Origin: Pseudomonadota bacterium
GTDB lineage: Bacteria > Pseudomonadota > Gammaproteobacteria > JAKAQQ01
Assembly: GCA_027320085.1 (NCBI GenBank)
Contig: DAHVLZ010000011.1
Span: 32,001-96,000, forward strand
Direction: 5' to 3'
Length of the DNA: 64,000 bases
Positions 10,695 through 19,529 of the stretch are shown here, piece by piece. The translations under genes were made by a program, and so were the position numbers. Each line of letters begins with the position of its first letter. Position 1 is the stretch's first letter. The notes beneath the pieces were generated by a model, which worked only from the letters and a program-made list of their open reading frames with translations, was not told the origin of the DNA and made no database searches.

Positions 10695-11720
10695 TCAAAT
10701 CCGCCCTTTGGCCTGGGGTAGCCTGGCCCCACCCGGGGCCTGTTCCAGGAGAACCTCGCGTCGAAAACGGTAACGACGTGCCGGCCGGCCACCGGTTTGG
10801 ACCTCGATCGCCCCGGTCGGTTCGACCAATTTTTGCTGGACCATCAGGCGGCGGAAGTTCTGTTTGTGCAGGCGGAGACCGGCGATCGCCTCGACCGCCT
10901 GTTGCAGTTCAAGATAGGTGAAGGTGGGAGGCAAAAGTTCAAAAACCACCGGCCGGTACTTGATCTTGGCCCGCAGGCGGGTGATCGCCGTGGCGAGGAT
11001 GCGCCTGTGGTCCTGGACCATGGCCTCCCCGGTGGGGGGGGAATCCCGCCCCGGCTCCGTCCCCGGGTGCCGTCGCCGGGCCTCGGCAATCAGGCCCGCC
11101 TCGTAAAGGAGTTCATAGCGTTGCAGCACCCATTCTTCGTTCCAGGCCAGGCCCCCGACCCCGAAGGCATGACGGTAGCGCCGCCGCCGCTCACGTCGCT
11201 CCGCTGTCCCCGACGCCCGCGTGGCCCAGCGTTCGAGTGCGCCCAGGATCGGGGCGAGAACAGGGGGTGGGCCCTGCCGGTGATCCTCCCAGGGAAAATA
11301 GCGGTACCAGCTCCACCATCCCACCCCGGGGGCGGGATCCCGCCGGAATTCGAGCGTGAGGGCAAGGTAACCGACCGAAATCACCCGCCGCGGTCCCGAA
11401 TTTTCGAGACGATCCCGATCCGCAAAGGTATAGAGTTGCTCGATATGTCCGAGCGGATGATGCGTCTGGCGCTCGACCCAGGACCGCACGCCCGACTGGA
11501 GCGAGCGATGCACCGACTCGAAGGGTCCCGAAGGCAGGCTGATTCCCGTCTCCAGGGTGAGAACCCGGGGCATGCGGGCCGTGACGGCCGCCACAACGGC
11601 GATCAACTCGGCGTCGAGGGGCGCGGTCGTGGACACCATCTCCCGCCTCATCCCGTCCCCCGTGCGGTGCCCCCCCCTGGCCGTGGTCTGACCAGTCGGC
11701 CCCGATTCCTCAGGTTTCAT
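10695..11720 (-). CDS. nadQ: NadQ/NrtR-type Nudix-related NAD-responsive repressor
   Basis: LPSGPF...EQLYTFADRDR, WYRYFPWED, VLQRYELLYEAGL, DHRRILATA..RLRAKIKYRPVVFELLP, LHKQNFRR, TGGRPA; upstream of nadA. Confidence 0.85.
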   Translation of the reverse strand: MKPEESGPTGQTTARGGHRTGDGMRREMVSTTAPLDAELIAVVAAVTARMPRVLTLETGISLPSGPFESVHRSLQSGVRSWVERQTHHPLGHIEQLYTFADRDRLENSGPRRVISVGYLALTLEFRRDPAPGVGWWSWYRYFPWEDHRQGPPPVLAPILGALERWATRASGTAERRERRRRYRHAFGVGGLAWNEEWVLQRYELLYEAGLIAEARRRHPGTEPGRDSPPTGEAMVQDHRRILATAITRLRAKIKYRPVVFELLPPTFTYLELQQAVEAIAGLRLHKQNFRRLMVQQKLVEPTGAIEVQTGGRPARRYRFRREVLLEQAPGGARLPQAKGRI

Positions 11721-11760
11721 GGTTCCATGTTAGCACCCGGCCGGGGTCCAGAACGGCCGA

Positions 11761-11789
11761 TTGACAGTCCATCCCGGGCATGCTAACTC
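11761..11789 (+). promoter_or_regulatory. Putative sigma70 promoter of mbfA
   Basis: TTGACA (11761), 17-nt spacer, TAACTC (11784) preceded by an extended -10 TG. Confidence 0.5.
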
Positions 11790-11825
11790 TATGGAAAATG
11801 CCCCGGGTCAGGCTGGATTTTATTA

Positions 11826-12833
11826 ATGAGACGTGACATTTTCTCTCCTGCTCTCTGGTACCGTCGGGGAAATGCGGAACTGGACTTTACGGACCTCACG
11901 GAACAGCAGATTCTCGCGCTCGCGATCTCGCTCGAGGAGGATGACGGACGGATTTACGAACAGTATGCCGATGCCCTGCGTGAGCACTATCCGGAAAGCG
12001 CCCGGATGTTCACGGTCATGGCACAGGAGGAACACCAGCACCGGAACCGCCTGATCGCGGTCTACCAGGCCAAGTTCGGCGACCGCATTCCCCTGGTCCG
12101 ACGCCAGGACGTGCGTGGCTTCATCGAGCGCAAGCCCGTCTGGCTCATCCAGCCCCTGGACATCGAAAAGATCCGGCGCCAGGCGGAAATGATGGAAAAC
12201 GAATCCGCGAGCTTCTACGCCGAGGCCGCCCACCGCAGCAGTGACGCCACGATCCGGAAGCTGTTGGGTGATCTGGCCGCCGAGGAGAACATCCACGAAA
12301 GCAAGGCGGAATCGCTTGAAAGCGAATTGATCACCGACTCGGTCCAGAACCGCGAGCGGGAAACCCACCGGCGCCAGATGCTGCTCCAGGTGATCCAGCC
12401 CGGCCTCGCCGGACTCATGGACGGCTCGGTCTCGACCCTGGCACCGATCTTTGCGGCAGCCTTTGCGACGCACAACACGACCAGCACCTTCCTCGTGGGC
12501 GTGGCGGCGGCCATCGGCGCCGGCATCAGCATGGCTTTCGCCGAAGCCCTGTCGGACACGGGGCTCATCACCGGACGCGGCAATCCCTGGTGGCGGGGCA
12601 CGGTCACGGGCGGAATGACCACGGTGGGCGGACTGTTCCACAGTCTGCCCTTTCTGATCCCCTCCTTCCATGTGGCACTCACCGTGGCCGTGATCGTGGT
12701 CGCGATCGAACTGGCGACCATCGCCTGGATCCGCAAACGCTACATGGACACACCCTTCCTGTCGGCCGTCTTCCAGGTGGTGGTGGGCGGGGTCCTGGTC
12801 TTTTTGGCCGGCATCCTGATCGGCAGCGCCTGA
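11826..12833 (+). CDS. mbfA: Iron exporter MbfA (ferritin-like/rubrerythrin + VIT1/CCC1 domains)
   Basis: ILALAISLEEDDGRIY, EEHQH and EENIH di-iron motifs; QPGLAGLMDGSVSTLAPIFAAAFAT. The true start may be CTG at 11880. Confidence 0.88.
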   Translation: MRRDIFSPALWYRRGNAELDFTDLTEQQILALAISLEEDDGRIYEQYADALREHYPESARMFTVMAQEEHQHRNRLIAVYQAKFGDRIPLVRRQDVRGFIERKPVWLIQPLDIEKIRRQAEMMENESASFYAEAAHRSSDATIRKLLGDLAAEENIHESKAESLESELITDSVQNRERETHRRQMLLQVIQPGLAGLMDGSVSTLAPIFAAAFATHNTTSTFLVGVAAAIGAGISMAFAEALSDTGLITGRGNPWWRGTVTGGMTTVGGLFHSLPFLIPSFHVALTVAVIVVAIELATIAWIRKRYMDTPFLSAVFQVVVGGVLVFLAGILIGSA

Positions 12834-12858
12834 ACGGGCGCTCCCGGAGCAGCCGGAT

Positions 12859-13395
12859 TCAGGCCGCCTGCGACCGGAGAAGACGGTCCTTGAGCTCGAC
12901 CACCTGGACCCAGTAGAGAATCCAGAGCACAAGCGCAGCCACCCAGCTGAGACCGCCCAGGAACGGGATGAAGACAAAAATCCAGAGGATGGACATGGCA
13001 AGCCCCAGGCCATAACCACAGTCCCCGAAGTCCTTGAGCCCCCGTTCCTCAGCCTCCCGCTTCAGTGACTGGGACACCTGGATGACCACGACAAAGTTCC
13101 AGGCCAGGTTGAAAACCGGGATCAGATCCAGCCAGACAAGTCCCGGACTCAGACTACGGTTCTTCGGCGCGATGTTCCGCAACACCCCCTGCAGGCTGAT
13201 CAGGAAAAAGATCAGCGGAATGTACCAGGCCGCCAACAGGACAAACAGGAAGGCCAGGGCGAAAAACAAAAGATCCCCGATCACGGCACCCGCGGTCAGA
13301 CCGGCCAGGAGGGCATGCATCGGCCCGTGGAAATGAGCCATCCACGGACCCTGCGACCAACTGCCCCGAAAGCCCGCTTCCGTCAGGATCTGCAT
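12859..13395 (-). CDS. Uncharacterised membrane protein, paralog of 16004-16444
   Basis: Several hydrophobic segments; NRSLSPGLVWLDLIPVFNLAWNF...WILYWVQV; start uncertain. Confidence 0.7.
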   Translation of the reverse strand: MQILTEAGFRGSWSQGPWMAHFHGPMHALLAGLTAGAVIGDLLFFALAFLFVLLAAWYIPLIFFLISLQGVLRNIAPKNRSLSPGLVWLDLIPVFNLAWNFVVVIQVSQSLKREAEERGLKDFGDCGYGLGLAMSILWIFVFIPFLGGLSWVAALVLWILYWVQVVELKDRLLRSQAA

Positions 13396-13407
13396 CTCAG
13401 GACCCCA

Positions 13408-15300
13408 TCAGGCGGGAGAGGCTCCACCCGCCCGGCCTGCCGTCCGCCGATGCCGCCGAATCAGGAAACCCATGCCCAAAAGTCCCCAGAGGCTCAGCCA
13501 GTCCATACCCCCGCCCCCGCCACTGTTGCCCGAGCTGGCACCGGCCACGCTGATGGAACCCGTGACGGGAGACTGGCTGCTGCCCACCACCTGGGCACTA
13601 TAGCTGAGCGTTCCCGCGTTGGGGGCGAGATAGCTCACCATGAGTGCGGGCGAATACTCCCCGGGCGCAATCCAGCCCTCATAGGTGCAGCTCAGGCTCG
13701 TGCCGCCGGTGGAGACACAGCTCCAGTCCGGGCCGCTCACCGGGAACGAGGCCGCCTGGGTCGGCAGGTTGACCGTGATCGTGGGATCGCCCACGGCACC
13801 CACAAAGGGGTTGAGCTCGGCCACCGGGGTGCGGAAGGAAGGCACGTTCTGGTTCTCCACCTGGAAACTCAGACTGAAGGCCGACCCCAGGGGCCCTGGT
13901 GGATCCGAACTCGTGATCGAGACCGTGGTATCGGCAAGATTCTCCTCACTCGCATACTGCTGGGCGGAGATCATGGTCCCGTAGTTATGGCCACTCAAGT
14001 CGGCATACTTGCTGCTCTCCCCAATGATGAAATCGCCCGCACCGTCCATCGCCACAGACATGCCTCCTGCTTGACCTGCAATCACATTGTTTGCAGGGTC
14101 ACTCGCAGCCGGAATGGGTCTTTGGGTGGCGACCAGTGGGTTCCCTACAGGGGTCCCATTCGCCCCATAACGCTGGGCCACGATCACGGTCACGTAGGGC
14201 GCCTCTTCATGTCCATATTTGGCAAAGTTGCCCCACGCCACGACGAAATCACCCTCCGCATCCATCGCAACCGTGGGGACCACATTGTTTCCGGTTATAG
14301 AACTGACGAGGAGGCCACTGCCCTCGGCCGTACCCGCAGCCGAATAGCGCTGCGCATAGGCCTCGGAGTAGCCCGAAGAGGGCCTGTTTTCCCACGCCAC
14401 CACGAAATCGCCTGCCGCATCCATTGCAACCGAGGGTGACTCATTGTTGCCGGTTACAGAACTCACGAGGAGGTCACTGCCCGTGGCCGCACCCGCGGCC
14501 GAATAGCGCTGCGCATGGATCTCATCGCTGCCCGAGGACGGGACGTTCTCCCAGGCCACCCCGAAATCACCCACGGCATCCATCGCAACCGAGGGTGACA
14601 TATTGTTTCCGGCGGTCGAACTCACGAGGAGGGCGCTGCCCTCGGCTGCACCCGCGGCCGTATAGGGCTGCGCATGGATCTCATCGCTGCCCGAGGACGG
14701 GACGTTCTCCCAGCCCACCACGAAATCACCTGCCGCATCCATCGCAACCGCGGGCGACTCATTGTTTCCGGCGGTCGAACTCACGAGTATGGTACTGCCC
14801 TCAGGCGCACCCGCCGCTGAATAGAGCTGTGCATAGATCTCTTCGCTGCCCGAAGTCGGCCTGTTCTCCCACGCCACCACGAAATCACCTGCCGCATCCA
14901 TCGCAACCGAGGGTAAAAAATTGCTTCCTGATGTGGGACTCACAAGGAAGACACTGCCCTCGCTTGTGTTCGGGGCCAAATAGCGCTGTGCATGGATCTC
15001 TCCGCCGCCCGAGGACGGGTAGCTCACCCACGCCACCACAAAATCGCCTTGGGCATCCACTGCCACTTTTCCACCTGTCACCATGCCGCCGCCAGGCTCA
15101 ATCACGATCGGAGTCACATTGATCAGGCCCCCGACCGCTCCACCGGATCCGGATCCCGCATGGGCCCAAGGCGAAGCGGCGAGTGCCATGGCCACGGCCA
15201 CGGCCACAGGAGAAGCGTGGGCCGCCGAAAATCGGGGTTTCATGGTTTTCATCAGAGATTTCCTCATTTCTAGGTTTCGTTCGCGCATTCTCGTCAGCAC
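13408..15300 (-). CDS. Exported repeat (beta-propeller-like) surface protein with an Ig/DUF11-like domain and a GlyGly-CTERM anchor
   Basis: Signal peptide ending AHA; 53-aa repeats VAMDAAGDFVVAW; C-terminus GGGGGMDWLSLWGLLGMGFLIRRHRR. Confidence 0.8.
   Translation of the reverse strand: MLTRMRERNLEMRKSLMKTMKPRFSAAHASPVAVAVAMALAASPWAHAGSGSGGAVGGLINVTPIVIEPGGGMVTGGKVAVDAQGDFVVAWVSYPSSGGGEIHAQRYLAPNTSEGSVFLVSPTSGSNFLPSVAMDAAGDFVVAWENRPTSGSEEIYAQLYSAAGAPEGSTILVSSTAGNNESPAVAMDAAGDFVVGWENVPSSGSDEIHAQPYTAAGAAEGSALLVSSTAGNNMSPSVAMDAVGDFGVAWENVPSSGSDEIHAQRYSAAGAATGSDLLVSSVTGNNESPSVAMDAAGDFVVAWENRPSSGYSEAYAQRYSAAGTAEGSGLLVSSITGNNVVPTVAMDAEGDFVVAWGNFAKYGHEEAPYVTVIVAQRYGANGTPVGNPLVATQRPIPAASDPANNVIAGQAGGMSVAMDGAGDFIIGESSKYADLSGHNYGTMISAQQYASEENLADTTVSITSSDPPGPLGSAFSLSFQVENQNVPSFRTPVAELNPFVGAVGDPTITVNLPTQAASFPVSGPDWSCVSTGGTSLSCTYEGWIAPGEYSPALMVSYLAPNAGTLSYSAQVVGSSQSPVTGSISVAGASSGNSGGGGGMDWLSLWGLLGMGFLIRRHRRTAGRAGGASPA
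14010..15070. repeat. 159-bp intragenic tandem repeat, 6 copies plus 1 degenerate copy
   Basis: Conserved Trp codon (cca on the + strand) at 14233, 14392, 14551, 14710, 14869 and 15028, an exact 159-nt period. Confidence 0.92.
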
Positions 15301-15458
15301 TCCCTAGCTGGTGTTTGAGCCTAAACCAAATCATGGGAGCACGCAAGTGGCTTCCGCGGCCAGGGTCTCCAGCCAGCGCCCCCCCGGTTGCCCATCAACC
15401 CCTTGCTTTCCCTGCTAAAATCGGAAGATATCCCGCAGACGACCCCAGGCTCACGACC

Positions 15459-15968
15459 GTGCCCGACAACTCCTCTCCCGATCCTGAATTTGGAATTGCC
15501 TTTCGCGACTATCGCCTGATTCCCGTGTTCCGGTCGACCACCCCCGAATTGCGTGAGGCCGTGGTCGATTTCTGGCTGGGCGAAGGCGCCCTCCGGAACC
15601 GCCCGAGCGCCGAGGAGCGGGCCTTCGAACTGGTGTATGTGATCCGGAACCGGCAACAGGAGCTGATCGGGGTCTCGACCGCGCAACTGGCACCGGGACT
15701 CGGGGGACAGCCCGCCTACTTCCTGCGGACCTTTATCCGGCCGGCCGACCGTACACCCGGGCTCCCGCAGCGGGTGATCCGGGAGACCTGGCAGTTACTC
15801 AAACGGCGCACCCCCCCCGACGGGCCCCAAGGCGCCTTCCTCGTGGGCGAGAACCCGAAGCTCCAGCGTCCCGGCATGAAACAGCAACTCGCCCGGCGCG
15901 GCTGGGATTATCTCGGACAAAACGCAAAAGGCCTTCCCCTCTGGGGGAAACCCTTCTCCCGGACCTGA
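15459..15968 (+). CDS. Hypothetical protein, possibly GNAT-like fold
   Basis: ELVYVIR..QELIGVST...YFLRTFIRPADRTPGL...ENPKL...GWDYLG; GTG start inferred. Confidence 0.6.
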   Translation: MPDNSSPDPEFGIAFRDYRLIPVFRSTTPELREAVVDFWLGEGALRNRPSAEERAFELVYVIRNRQQELIGVSTAQLAPGLGGQPAYFLRTFIRPADRTPGLPQRVIRETWQLLKRRTPPDGPQGAFLVGENPKLQRPGMKQQLARRGWDYLGQNAKGLPLWGKPFSRT

Positions 15969-16003
15969 CCCCTCCAGGTCCCACCCGCTCCCGGCTGGTG
16001 CGC

Positions 16004-16444
16004 TCAGGTCGCGGATTCGAGTCGATGGCGGAAGCCCGTGATCTGGATCCAGTAGAGGATCCAGCAGACGAACCCGGCCACGGAGGTCAGCAGGGACAAT
16101 AACGGAACCAGGGAGACCACGGCCAGGATACACATGGCGAGACCGATGCCACCGCCAAAACCGGACCCCTCGAGCCCGCGGGCCTCGAACTCGGCCTTGA
16201 GGGAATCGCGGATGTAAATCACGACAAAGAAATTCCAGACCAGGTTGAAGAAAGGGATCAACAGCAGAAAAACCAGGCCGGGTGACATTTTCCGGTTGGC
16301 GGGCGAAACCGCGTTCAGGGTTTTCATCAGGGAGACGAGATAGAGGATGGCGACCGTGAGCGCGGCCAGCCCAATGATCAGGCCAAAGAGCAGGCCCATG
16401 CCGGTCAGAAACATCCAGGGCGAAAATCCGTGGGCAGTCATCAT
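16004..16444 (-). CDS. Uncharacterised membrane protein, paralog of 12859-13395
   Basis: NRKMSPGLVFLLLIPFFNLVWNF...WILYWIQI; GGAG before ATG 16444. Confidence 0.75.
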   Translation of the reverse strand: MMTAHGFSPWMFLTGMGLLFGLIIGLAALTVAILYLVSLMKTLNAVSPANRKMSPGLVFLLLIPFFNLVWNFFVVIYIRDSLKAEFEARGLEGSGFGGGIGLAMCILAVVSLVPLLSLLTSVAGFVCWILYWIQITGFRHRLESAT

Positions 16445-16733
16445 GTGGGTTCTCCGTTCAAGGGATGGGGGATCAATCGGGCCGGCGCCCGGCGGAACAT
16501 CGGGGCATCTCCTCGTTCCCTTCCCCCCGGTTCCGGATCCTGAGCGGCCGCCGTTTTTTTTCACTTCTTTTTTACACCACCTGCCACAGGACATGCAAGC
16601 CACAGGATCCGCGCTTACAATGAACCCGTTCCTTCCGGTTCCCCAACCCACCGGATCGGCTTTTCTCGTCCCGATCCCCGAATCGCGGGAGATCCCTCGG
16701 AGGGGGAAAGACGACACCCCTGGAATCCGACCC

Positions 16734-17534
16734 ATGCCCGCCCCGCCCGAGCGCATCGTCTGCCTGACCGAGGAGACCACCGAAACCCTCTACCTCCTGG
16801 GTGAGGAGGGAAGAATCGTCGGCATCTCGGGATACACGGTCCGTCCAGAGCGCGCACGGCGCGAAAAACCCCGGGTTTCAGCATTCACGCACGCCAAAAC
16901 CGAGCGCATCTTGGCCCTTGAACCGGATCTGGTCCTCGGCTTCTCCGATCTCCAGGCCGGCATTGCCGAATCACTCATCCGCCAGGGCCTCGAGGTCCAC
17001 CTCTTCAACCAGCGCAGCGTGGCGGGCATCCTGGCCATGATCGCGAACTTGGGTGCCCTGGTCGGCTGTCCGGAACGGGCCCGCGCGCTCGTCCGCACGC
17101 TCGAGGACGGACTCGACGAGATCAGTCAAGCAGCCCGGCTCTGGCCCCGGCATCCCACCGTTTATTTCGAGGAATGGGACGATCCCTTGATCTCGGGTAT
17201 CGGGTGGGTCTCCGAACTGATCGAAATCGCGGGCGGCTGCGACTCATTCGGCGATCAGGCCCGGCACGGCCTGGCCAAGAACCGCATCATCGCGGATCCA
17301 GCCCGGGTCGTTGCGGCGGATCCCGAAATCATCCTGGCGTCCTGGTGCGGCAAGAAGTTCCGTCCCGAGCGTCTCGCCGCCCGTCCGGGCTTCGCGGCCA
17401 TCCGGGCCGTCGCCTCCGGATGGGTCCACGAAATCCCCTCGAGCGAGATCCTGCAACCCGGCCCCGCCGCACTGACCGACGGGATCCGAAGGATCCATGG
17501 GCTTTTCGGTCGCTGGGTGGCCCGTTACGCCTGA
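16734..17534 (+). CDS. BtuF/TroA-like substrate-binding protein without an evident signal peptide
   Basis: PERIVCLTEETTETLY, PDLVLGFSDLQA, VYFEEWDDPLISGIGWVSELIEIAGG, ILQPGPAAL. Confidence 0.8.
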   Translation: MPAPPERIVCLTEETTETLYLLGEEGRIVGISGYTVRPERARREKPRVSAFTHAKTERILALEPDLVLGFSDLQAGIAESLIRQGLEVHLFNQRSVAGILAMIANLGALVGCPERARALVRTLEDGLDEISQAARLWPRHPTVYFEEWDDPLISGIGWVSELIEIAGGCDSFGDQARHGLAKNRIIADPARVVAADPEIILASWCGKKFRPERLAARPGFAAIRAVASGWVHEIPSSEILQPGPAALTDGIRRIHGLFGRWVARYA

Positions 17535-18625
17535 TCGGGCACGATCCCGGCGGGAGTCCCGACCGCAAGACGGGCTGCGTGCCGGATCTCGTCGGGGCTC
17601 GTCAGCCGGCGACCGAACACGATGCGTGCCGGATCCTCGCGCCGTTCGAGAAAACCCGCCTGCCAGAGCCGGTGGAGATGGGCGAGCGTCTCGCCGAAGG
17701 CGAAAGCCCGCTCATGGTCACTGAGTTCGCGTTCGAACAGCACGGGAACCATGTCGGAAGCGGTCGCAAAGCTGCCGGAGAGGGCCGTCAGGAGTCGGGC
17801 CAGACGGTCCTCATGGTGGGCCAAGAGTTCCCCGACGCGTGCCCGGGCCCCACGGAAGGGCCGGCCGTGGGAAGGCAGGATGAGGGCGTCGTCTCCAAAC
17901 GCCCGGAAGCGGGCGAGCGCCGCCAGAAAATCGCCGAGCGGATCACCTTCGGGCTCGAGGGTGAAAACCGAGATGTTGCTCGAGATGGTGGGCAGCAGGA
18001 GATCGCCCGAAATCAAAACCGACTTTTCCGGGCAGTGGAAAAACGCGTGTTCCGGACTGTGCCCGGCTCCCGTTCCCACCTGCCAGCCCGGGCCGAGCGG
18101 AAGGACCTGCCCGGCCTCGATCCGTCTCAGCGAAGCCGGGAGGCGGGGCACCGCCCGGATGTAGAATCGGGCCCGCCCTTCGAACGAGTCCTGTTCCTGC
18201 GCCGTTGCCCCGTGCCGGGCGTAGAAACGGCCGAGCGTGGCCGCATCGGCCGGCGGACTCCGGCCCTGGATGAGACAGGCGCCCAGATACTCGGCCAGGG
18301 TCATCCGGAGCGGAACCCCGAGCCGGTCGCAGAGCCAATGGGCCAGACCGACGTGATCCGGGTGGAGGTGGCTTACGATCACCGCCACGGCCCGTTCGCC
18401 GGCGAGCGGACCTTCGATGAGTGCTGACCAGGCGTCCCGGGTCGGCCGGGTATCCATCCCGGTATCCAGGAGGGCGTAGCGTTTCTTCTCCTCGTCGCGG
18501 AGGATCCAGAGATTCACATGGTCGAGGGCCAGGGGCAAGGGCATCCGGACCCACAAGACCCCGGGGGCGATTTCAAGCGTTGATCCGGGGGCCGGAGGCT
18601 CCCGGTCCAGGATTTCAAGGCTCAT
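17525..18625 (-). CDS. MBL-fold metallo-hydrolase
   Basis: LDHVNLW, SHLHPDHVG, GHSPEH, SGD, LPSHG. Confidence 0.85.
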   Translation of the reverse strand: MSLEILDREPPAPGSTLEIAPGVLWVRMPLPLALDHVNLWILRDEEKKRYALLDTGMDTRPTRDAWSALIEGPLAGERAVAVIVSHLHPDHVGLAHWLCDRLGVPLRMTLAEYLGACLIQGRSPPADAATLGRFYARHGATAQEQDSFEGRARFYIRAVPRLPASLRRIEAGQVLPLGPGWQVGTGAGHSPEHAFFHCPEKSVLISGDLLLPTISSNISVFTLEPEGDPLGDFLAALARFRAFGDDALILPSHGRPFRGARARVGELLAHHEDRLARLLTALSGSFATASDMVPVLFERELSDHERAFAFGETLAHLHRLWQAGFLERREDPARIVFGRRLTSPDEIRHAARLAVGTPAGIVPDQA

Positions 18626-18665
18626 CGGGCAAAGGGGGAGGCGCGGGACGGGCCGGTAGCCGGCA

Positions 18666-19469
18666 TCACGGCTTCCCGGCGAGGCCGAGGAGATGGGACA
18701 GATCCTGCTCGGGCGGGACTCCGCTCGTGAGGTGGAGCCCCTCTCCCGGTGAGCGGACGATGATGCCGGGCGTCCCCTGGAACCCGAGCCAGCCGAACAG
18801 CAAGGTGGCATCGCGGATGGCCGCAAGCGTCCGGGGCTGGATCCGGTTCCGCGGCAGCGGCAGCAATCCGCCCTCGGCGTAGCGCGCCTCGAGGGTGTCG
18901 AGGGCGGCCTCCGGCCGGCGGCTCTGCAGGACCCTCGCGGCCTTGCCGAGACTGCTCCGGGCCAGTACCGCGACAAACAGGTAGCGCATCTGCAGACCAT
19001 CCTTGAAAAGAGGTTTCACCCACTGCCAGAGGTGATGGCAGTAGACGCAGTTGGGGTCGACCATGGCATAGACGATGGTGCGAGGATGGGCGGCACCCTC
19101 GGCCACCCACGGCAGGTGGTCGAGCCGGTTCCAGACCCCCCCCCGGACCAGATAACGGTCGAGGAACCGGGCGGTCAGATTCGTACCCTGGGCATCGATC
19201 AGGTTGCCCATGAGGATGCCGCGGCCATCCCCCACCGAGTAGACGAGGGCCCGATGCATGCCGGACTCGATCACATAACCCTCGATGCCGAGCCCGGTCG
19301 GGAAACGCCGGACGACCCGGACCCCCATCCGCTTGAACAGCTGGAAGGTGGGGGCGGGGGATCGGGCCCACGCCCAGGAACCGGTCAGCACAAGGCCCAG
19401 GAACAGCGCCGAGAGCACCCGGGACCGGCCGGCTGGACGGGCACAAGGGGGGCTCGGGTTCGTTGGCAT
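18666..19469 (-). CDS. dsbG: DsbG-like thiol:disulfide interchange protein
   Basis: Signal peptide, GNLIDAQGTNLT, DPNCVYC active site, GTPG cis-Pro loop. Confidence 0.8.
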   Translation of the reverse strand: MPTNPSPPCARPAGRSRVLSALFLGLVLTGSWAWARSPAPTFQLFKRMGVRVVRRFPTGLGIEGYVIESGMHRALVYSVGDGRGILMGNLIDAQGTNLTARFLDRYLVRGGVWNRLDHLPWVAEGAAHPRTIVYAMVDPNCVYCHHLWQWVKPLFKDGLQMRYLFVAVLARSSLGKAARVLQSRRPEAALDTLEARYAEGGLLPLPRNRIQPRTLAAIRDATLLFGWLGFQGTPGIIVRSPGEGLHLTSGVPPEQDLSHLLGLAGKP

Positions 19470-19529
19470 GGGGATCACCGGACCAGGGAGGCGGCCAGTA
19501 TACGACAGCCCGTCCTCCTCGTCCCCCCG

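Noticed and set aside
14010-15070. Periodic repeats as a CRISPR array or DGR template
   Set aside because: The 159-nt period is in frame inside a CDS, there are no unique spacers, and no cas or reverse transcriptase gene was seen.
16450-16730. Cobalamin riboswitch before the BtuF-like gene
   Set aside because: No B12-box or the conserved GGGAA/GCCACTG arrangement found.
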